Positions 58,542-64,000 of a stretch of 64,000 nt of DNA are shown here, in pieces. Under the pieces are notes generated by a model. That model was not told the origin of the DNA and made no database searches. It was given only the letters and a program-made list of their open reading frames with translations. The translations under genes and the position numbers were made by a program. The stretch is taken from positions 512,001 to 576,000 of the forward strand of contig JAWLHJ010000001.1 of assembly GCA_041690395.1 (NCBI GenBank). The letters are read 5' to 3'. This DNA comes from Longimicrobiales bacterium. Lineage in GTDB: Bacteria; Gemmatimonadota; Gemmatimonadetes; Longimicrobiales; Gaopeijiaceae. Within the stretch, counting starts at the first letter, position 1; each line of letters starts with the position of its first letter.

Positions 58542-61225
58542 CTCACCAGCTCGACGACCCGGGCGCCGGCCTCCTCGATCTCGCGCGCCATGTAGGGATG
58601 GCAGGTGAACAGGAACACCTGCCGCTTCTCCGCGAGGCGGGTCAGTACCTCGAGGCCCTGCGCGCGTCGTTCCGCGTCCCAGTTGACGAACACCTCGTCG
58701 ACGAAGAGGGGGAGCGGCTCCGCCCCCTGATCGAGGTGGTCGACGATGGCCAGCCGCAGGCTGAGGTAGGCCTGTTCGAGCGTTCCCGTCGAGATCGGGT
58801 GACGGAGCGGAATGGGCCCGGCGATCTCGGGCCCGCTGATGCGGAAGAGGTCGCTCTCGTCGGTCTCCTCGACCAGGATACGGTCGTAGCGGCCGGCGGT
58901 CAGGTGCGCGAGATGCCCGCTCGCCCGGCGCATCAGGTCGGGCTGGTGCTCTTCCCTGAACGAGCGGTCGGCCTCGCGGAGCAGGCGCGCGAGCACCCAT
59001 TTGCGATCCCGCTCGCGGACCATCGCCTCGGTTTCTGCTTCGAGGGTGGCGATCTCGCCGTCGACCCAGTCGGCGGTCTCACGCCCCCGCGCCAGCTCGA
59101 TCTCCTTCTCGAGCGAGCGTGTGGTTCCCTCCAGCTCTTCGATCTCGTCGGACAGCTGCCGGACGCGGGCACGGCGGGTGCCGAGGTCCTTCTCGTCCGT
59201 GAGCCAGCGGGAGCCTTCACGCTCGGCTTGCTCGATGCGCTCACGGAGCGCGGGGAGGTCGGGGTGGCTACGCTCGAGCTCGCGTTCCAGCGTCCGCGCC
59301 CGGTCGAGCGCCTCCAGGCGGTGAGCCGCGACCTGGAGGGTCTCCTCGGGCGGACCCTCACCGAACCGCTCGGCCGCCTCTTCGAGCGTGTCCAGCCGCT
59401 TCCGCGCCTCGTCGAGCGAGCGGCGCTCCGTTTCCTCCCGCCGGTCGAGTCCGGCGAGCTCGCGTTGCGCGGCTTCGGCGGCCTGCTCGGTCCGCTCCGC
59501 GGCCCGGAGGCGGTCCGAGAACACGGCGGCCAACTCTTCCGGACCGTCGTCCTCGGCGCCTCCGATGCCGATGCGGGAGGCGAGCGCCCGGCCCTCCCGC
59601 GCGGCGCTCTCGACGCGCGAGATCGCGTCTTCCAGGGTGCGCAGCCGCCCACGATGTTGCTCGGCGAGCTCGTGGAGCCGTTCGAGCGAGTCGATCACGG
59701 ACGGGTCGGGACGATCGCGGTGACGCTCCGCGAGCTCGGCACCGCGTACCACGGTCTGGAACGCGGCCACGGCCTCGCGGAGCTCACGCTCCGCGCTACG
59801 CTCGCGGGCCCGTCGCTCTTCCCCGGCGGCCTCGGCCGAGTCGCGGGCTCGCCGGGCGCTCCAGGCGATCGCTCCACCACCGGTCGCCGCGGCCGCGCCG
59901 AGCGCGGTCAGGAGCGCGGCCCCGGTCGAGCCCGCCCACGCGGTCAGGGCTAGCCCGGCGATCAGGAGCGAGACGCCTGCCAGGAAGCTCCCCGGTCCCG
60001 GAGGAGCGCCCGCCGTCTCCGCCGTCTCCGGGTGGCCGGCTCGGGAGCGTGCGCGCTCGACCCGGTCCACGGCGACGCGAACGGCCGCCGGCGTCAGCTC
60101 CAGGAGACGGTCCCGGGGCGCCTCGCTCCAGGGCCGATCGATCAACTCGCGGGACACCCGGTCGAGCCGGGCGTCGAGCGTGGCGAGCTCCTCGCGGAGG
60201 TCGGAGGCTCGAGCCCGATGCGCGGCGGTCCGGGAGACGGACGACACGTACCGGGTGATCTCGTCACGGTGGTCGAGGAACGACCGGACGGCCGGTGAGA
60301 GCTCGGCCACGCTTCGCTCGGGGAGCGCCCGCTCGTGCCGGAGCCTCCGGAGCGCGTCCTCGTGGGCCTCGACCCGGTCCCTGAGCTCCACGAGCCGCTC
60401 GTGCGGCGCGGCGGGCAGGTCGGCCAGGAGCTCCTCGGGCCCGGCCTCCCGGCGCAGGCCGGCGATCCGCTCCAACTGCGCGCGGACCGGGAGCAGGAGC
60501 TGTGCGCGCTCCAGAATGACCTGGTCCGCCGCCCGCCGCTCCCGCCGCGCCTTCAGCGTCTGGCGGGCGCGGTCGAGCTCGTCGACCCGGGAGCGCAGCT
60601 CGCGGTCCCGGGAGACGGCGTCCCGGCGCCGGGCGCGGAGGTCCCTCATCCGGTCGCGGGCGTCGCGGACCTTCTGGTTGCCCCGACGGTTCGGGCGCCA
60701 GAGCTCGCCGGCCTCACGCTCGAGCTCACCCGCCACGCCGCGCACGGCCTTGAGGTCGGACGCCCCCATGGAGCCGACGACCCGGTCCTGTATACGTCCC
60801 CATGTCTCCTCGTCCAAGCTCGCGAGCTCACCGAGCGTGACGGCGAACACCTGCCGGAAGACGGTGCGCGGTACGTGCTCCACCCACGGCAGGGGGTGGT
60901 TGCGGAGGTCGGTGGTGCCGCCGTCCACCTCGAGCTGGGCCGCCGGCTGTGAGCGGAGCCTGCGGGTCACGGTCGCTGCTCGACCGTCGTGGAGGCGCAG
61001 CGCGAGCGATCCCCGCGCCTCGTCGGTCCCCCAGGGAACGAACGGGTTGAGCTCGCGGGAGGCCGGAGAGAAGCCGTAGAGCATGGTGGTGAGGAACTCG
61101 AACACCGTCGACTTCCCGGCCTCGTTGGGGCCGAGCACGACAACCAGCGACGGAAGGGGGCCGTCCTTTCCGTCGAACGCCGCGAGCTTGCCGAACGCGT
61201 CGATGTCGAGTCGCTCGATCCTCAC
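58538..61225 (-). CDS. YhaN-like AAA (SMC/Rad50-type) ATPase with central TM hairpin
   Basis: GPNEAGKST, long coiled coils, two TM segments, ISTGTLEQAYLSLRLA, LPLFVDEVFVNWD, FLFTCH. Confidence 0.9.
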   Translation of the reverse strand: MRIERLDIDAFGKLAAFDGKDGPLPSLVVVLGPNEAGKSTVFEFLTTMLYGFSPASRELNPFVPWGTDEARGSLALRLHDGRAATVTRRLRSQPAAQLEVDGGTTDLRNHPLPWVEHVPRTVFRQVFAVTLGELASLDEETWGRIQDRVVGSMGASDLKAVRGVAGELEREAGELWRPNRRGNQKVRDARDRMRDLRARRRDAVSRDRELRSRVDELDRARQTLKARRERRAADQVILERAQLLLPVRAQLERIAGLRREAGPEELLADLPAAPHERLVELRDRVEAHEDALRRLRHERALPERSVAELSPAVRSFLDHRDEITRYVSSVSRTAAHRARASDLREELATLDARLDRVSRELIDRPWSEAPRDRLLELTPAAVRVAVDRVERARSRAGHPETAETAGAPPGPGSFLAGVSLLIAGLALTAWAGSTGAALLTALGAAAATGGGAIAWSARRARDSAEAAGEERRARERSAERELREAVAAFQTVVRGAELAERHRDRPDPSVIDSLERLHELAEQHRGRLRTLEDAISRVESAAREGRALASRIGIGGAEDDGPEELAAVFSDRLRAAERTEQAAEAAQRELAGLDRREETERRSLDEARKRLDTLEEAAERFGEGPPEETLQVAAHRLEALDRARTLERELERSHPDLPALRERIEQAEREGSRWLTDEKDLGTRRARVRQLSDEIEELEGTTRSLEKEIELARGRETADWVDGEIATLEAETEAMVRERDRKWVLARLLREADRSFREEHQPDLMRRASGHLAHLTAGRYDRILVEETDESDLFRISGPEIAGPIPLRHPISTGTLEQAYLSLRLAIVDHLDQGAEPLPLFVDEVFVNWDAERRAQGLEVLTRLAEKRQVFLFTCHPYMAREIEEAGARVVELVR

Positions 61226-62478
61226 GTCCCGCCACCCGCGTCCTCGAGGAGCCGCGCCGCGATCTCCCCGTCGACCCCGTCCAGCAGCGACCGCACATAG
61301 GCGTCGACCGCCTCCCGGGAGGCGCCAGGGGCTCCCGCCAGGTCGTCGGCGAGCACGTCCGCCAGGGTCGCCGAGCCCTCCCGAACCCGCTGTGCCAGCC
61401 GCAGCGCCTCACCCAGCACGTCCCTGCGGCCCCGGTGCTCCTCGAGCGCGATGACCGGGTGAACCCCCGCGGCGCTCACGGTCACGTCGAGGACGCCGAG
61501 GAGGTCCCGGAGCTCGGTGGTCAGGGTCGCCACGTCTTCGTCACGCTGGAGCTCGGACCAGAGCGGACACGGTCCCGCGAGCTCCACGCGGATCATCCAC
61601 TCGGTGCCGGGCGCACCCGGGTCGGAGGCGCGCGTGTCCCGCCACACCGCGGCTACGTGGCCGACCATCGCGTCGAGGGAGCGCACGGCGTCCAGGTCGC
61701 CCACCCGCACCGTCTCCCAGCGCACCGATGCCAGCGGGCGGAACGAGACGTCGGGGGCGTGCCGGTCGCCCAGATCGACCAGGAGCGCACCGTGGTCCCC
61801 CTGCTCGCGGTGCGTCCGGCCCTGCAGGCTCCCGGAGTACCAGACCGGCGGATCGGCGGACAACTCCTGTGGAATGTGGATGTGTCCGAGCGCCCAGTAG
61901 TCGTACCCGGCTCGCCGTAGGAAGGCCAGATCGGACGGAGCGTACGCCCCGTGCTGATCGGCTCCCGCGGACGCGTGCACCTGGGTGTGGAGGAGGCCCA
62001 CCTCGGGCCGCTCGCCCTCGGGGCGGGGCAGGAGACGGGACAGGTCACGCTCCTCGCGCGCGGTCTCGTGCCCGATGGTGTTCACGTAGCCGGCCGTGCC
62101 GCCTCCCCGCCCCGTGATGGCCACCCGCTTCGGCGTCGCGTCCGTCGCCGTCACGACGTTGGGGGGCCAGGGGAGTGCACGGGGTCCGCCGGCGACGGAG
62201 CCCGGGTCGTGGTTGCCTGTGGCGTACACGACGGTGATGCCGTGGTCGCCGAGCCGACCCACCTGCTCGAGGAGGAACCGCTCGGTCTCGAACGAGAGCC
62301 GGTCGCCGTCGAAGAGGTCGCCGGCGATCAGCACGGCATCGACCTCTTCCTGCAGCGCCACGTCGACCGCGCGCCGGAACGCCTCGCGCGAAGCTTCACG
62401 GAGCCGGCGCCGGACGGCCTCGGACCGGCCCGCGAAGGAGGTGTCGAGATGGACGTCTGCGACGTGTAGGAAGCGCAT
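61222..62478 (-). CDS. YhaO-like DNA repair exonuclease (SbcD/Mre11 metallophosphoesterase)
   Basis: FLHVADVHLD, AGDLFD, GNHD, LLH, YWALGHIH, GSLQGR; all catalytic motifs intact. Confidence 0.92.
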   Translation of the reverse strand: MRFLHVADVHLDTSFAGRSEAVRRRLREASREAFRRAVDVALQEEVDAVLIAGDLFDGDRLSFETERFLLEQVGRLGDHGITVVYATGNHDPGSVAGGPRALPWPPNVVTATDATPKRVAITGRGGGTAGYVNTIGHETAREERDLSRLLPRPEGERPEVGLLHTQVHASAGADQHGAYAPSDLAFLRRAGYDYWALGHIHIPQELSADPPVWYSGSLQGRTHREQGDHGALLVDLGDRHAPDVSFRPLASVRWETVRVGDLDAVRSLDAMVGHVAAVWRDTRASDPGAPGTEWMIRVELAGPCPLWSELQRDEDVATLTTELRDLLGVLDVTVSAAGVHPVIALEEHRGRRDVLGEALRLAQRVREGSATLADVLADDLAGAPGASREAVDAYVRSLLDGVDGEIAARLLEDAGGGT

Positions 62479-62625
62479 GCAGCAAGGTAGAGGAATCGCC
62501 GGGGGTGGGGAATTCGATGACGGGACAGGGGGAATCCCGCGGGTTTCCCGGCGCACCGATCTCAGATAACGTTGTTCCATCTTCCATTCCTCGCTCCGAC
62601 GCTCCTCCGAGCCGCCTTCTCATTC

Positions 62626-64000
62626 ATGAGCGATTCCACGGATACGGCCCGCCGCCGACTCCGCGACTCCGCCGAGACCGTCGAAGCGGTCTGCGACCGG
62701 GTCCGCACCTCCGTTCCCGAGTCCGAAGCCTCGACGGCTCTCGGCTTCGTACGTGCCTTCCTCAAGCGGGCGCCGGACGACCTCCTGAGGGGGCGCTCCC
62801 TCGCCGATCTGGCCGGCATGACCCTGGGCGCGTACCGCTTCCTGAGGTCGTCGAAGCCGTCTCGGGTCGACGTGAGCGTCGGCAATCCGACGGTGGCCGA
62901 CGAGGGCTGGGACGCGGCCAACACCGTCGTGCGGACGAACGTGAGCGAGCGGCCGTTCATCATCGACACGATCCGGGAGTTCCTGCATGCGCAGGAGCTG
63001 CCGGTATCGTGGATGGTCTACCCGATCCTCGACGTGACCCGAGACCGCGAAGGGAACGTCACGGCCGTGGCGCCACCGAGCGACACCGGGACGAAGGAAT
63101 CCCTCGTCCACTGCGAGATCGAGCGGGTCTCCGATCCGGAGCGCCTGGAGGAGCTACGCTCGGAGTTGGCTCGCCGGCTCCAGGACGTGGTGCGGGCCAC
63201 CGACGACTTCCAGCCGATGATCGACGCGGTCGACCGGGTCATCGAGGAGGTCGACCAACACGCGTCGTCGTCGAAAGAGCTGGAAAGCGAGCTGGCCGAG
63301 ATCCGGGACTTCCTCGAATGGCTTCGTGACGAAGGGTTCGTGTTCCTTGGATACCGTGCGTACGATTTCCTTCCGGTAGAGGACGACGCGGACGATCGGA
63401 TGGTCATCGTGGAGCCCGGGTCCGGGCTCGGCGTGCTCCGCAATGAAGCCGAGTCGCGTTTCGCGGCGGGAGTGCCGTTGTCTCGCCTCGATGACGGGAT
63501 GCGGCGACTGGCCCTCGGGGGACCGGTCCTCATCATCTCCAAGACGAACGCCGAGTCGACGGTCCACCGCCGTGCGCGCATGGACTACATCGGCGTCAAG
63601 AAGCTGGACGACGAAGGCCGCTCGGTCGGAGAGCACCGCTTCGTGGGACTGTTCACGTCCCGCGCGTATTCGGAGGCCGCGGAGAAGATACCGATCCTCC
63701 GGCAGAAGCTCGCCGAGATCCTACGAGATGCCGGAGTGCGGCAGGGGTCGCACGACTACAAGGAGATCATCACGATCTTCAACTCGATGCCGAAGGAGGA
63801 GCTCTTCCTCACCTCGGCCGAGGAGATCGGCGAGGACGTGCGCACCGTCCTCACGGCGTACAACACGGACGACGTGCGCGTGGCGCTCCGCGAGGACCCG
63901 CTGCAACGGGGTCTCTCCGTCATGGTGATCCTGCCCAAGGACCGCTTCTCGGGCGAGGTCCGCAAGGAGATCGAGCGGGAGCTGGTGCGGGTCTTCGACG
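62626..64000 (+). CDS. gdh: Large NAD-specific glutamate dehydrogenase, 3'-truncated by window edge (absent from ORF track)
   Basis: Frame 1 from ATG 62626: ERPFIIDT, FLEWLRDEGFVFLGYRAYD, SGLGVLR, STVHRRARMDYIGVK, GEHRFVGLFTSRAY, IPILRQKL. Confidence 0.9.
   Translation, partial: MSDSTDTARRRLRDSAETVEAVCDRVRTSVPESEASTALGFVRAFLKRAPDDLLRGRSLADLAGMTLGAYRFLRSSKPSRVDVSVGNPTVADEGWDAANTVVRTNVSERPFIIDTIREFLHAQELPVSWMVYPILDVTRDREGNVTAVAPPSDTGTKESLVHCEIERVSDPERLEELRSELARRLQDVVRATDDFQPMIDAVDRVIEEVDQHASSSKELESELAEIRDFLEWLRDEGFVFLGYRAYDFLPVEDDADDRMVIVEPGSGLGVLRNEAESRFAAGVPLSRLDDGMRRLALGGPVLIISKTNAESTVHRRARMDYIGVKKLDDEGRSVGEHRFVGLFTSRAYSEAAEKIPILRQKLAEILRDAGVRQGSHDYKEIITIFNSMPKEELFLTSAEEIGEDVRTVLTAYNTDDVRVALREDPLQRGLSVMVILPKDRFSGEVRKEIERELVRVFD

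Overview
64 kb of a very GC-rich, gene-dense bacterial chromosome. Gene content and style suggest Gemmatimonadota/Longimicrobiales, which is an inference only. It holds about 57 mostly housekeeping or metabolic CDSs: a hemolysin-family pair, two M28 peptidases, a Cho/UvrC-like nuclease, sigma factors, rsgA, a Btu/Fec-type ABC importer, trpE, sucA, ctaA-like, pgeF, a P-type ATPase, a YhaNO-like pair and a partial large NAD-GDH. No rRNA, tRNA, CRISPR array, prophage or intact transposase was seen. The most notable signals are: (1) an OsmC-family selenoprotein candidate, split by the ORF track, with an in-frame UGA at the catalytic Cys position and a SECIS-like hairpin; (2) a single-chain SbcD-SbcC (Mre11-Rad50) fusion whose nuclease and ATPase motifs are degenerate but whose zinc hook is intact; (3) a structured, terminated intergenic ncRNA resembling Acido-Lenti-1; (4) three kinds of non-coding palindromic or MITE-like elements, one present as two diverged inverted copies built from TCGTTCGA-N3-TCGAACGA palindromes. 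All functional calls come from motif recognition by eye; no searches were run. Start codons were re-chosen by eye where the ORF track was over-extended.
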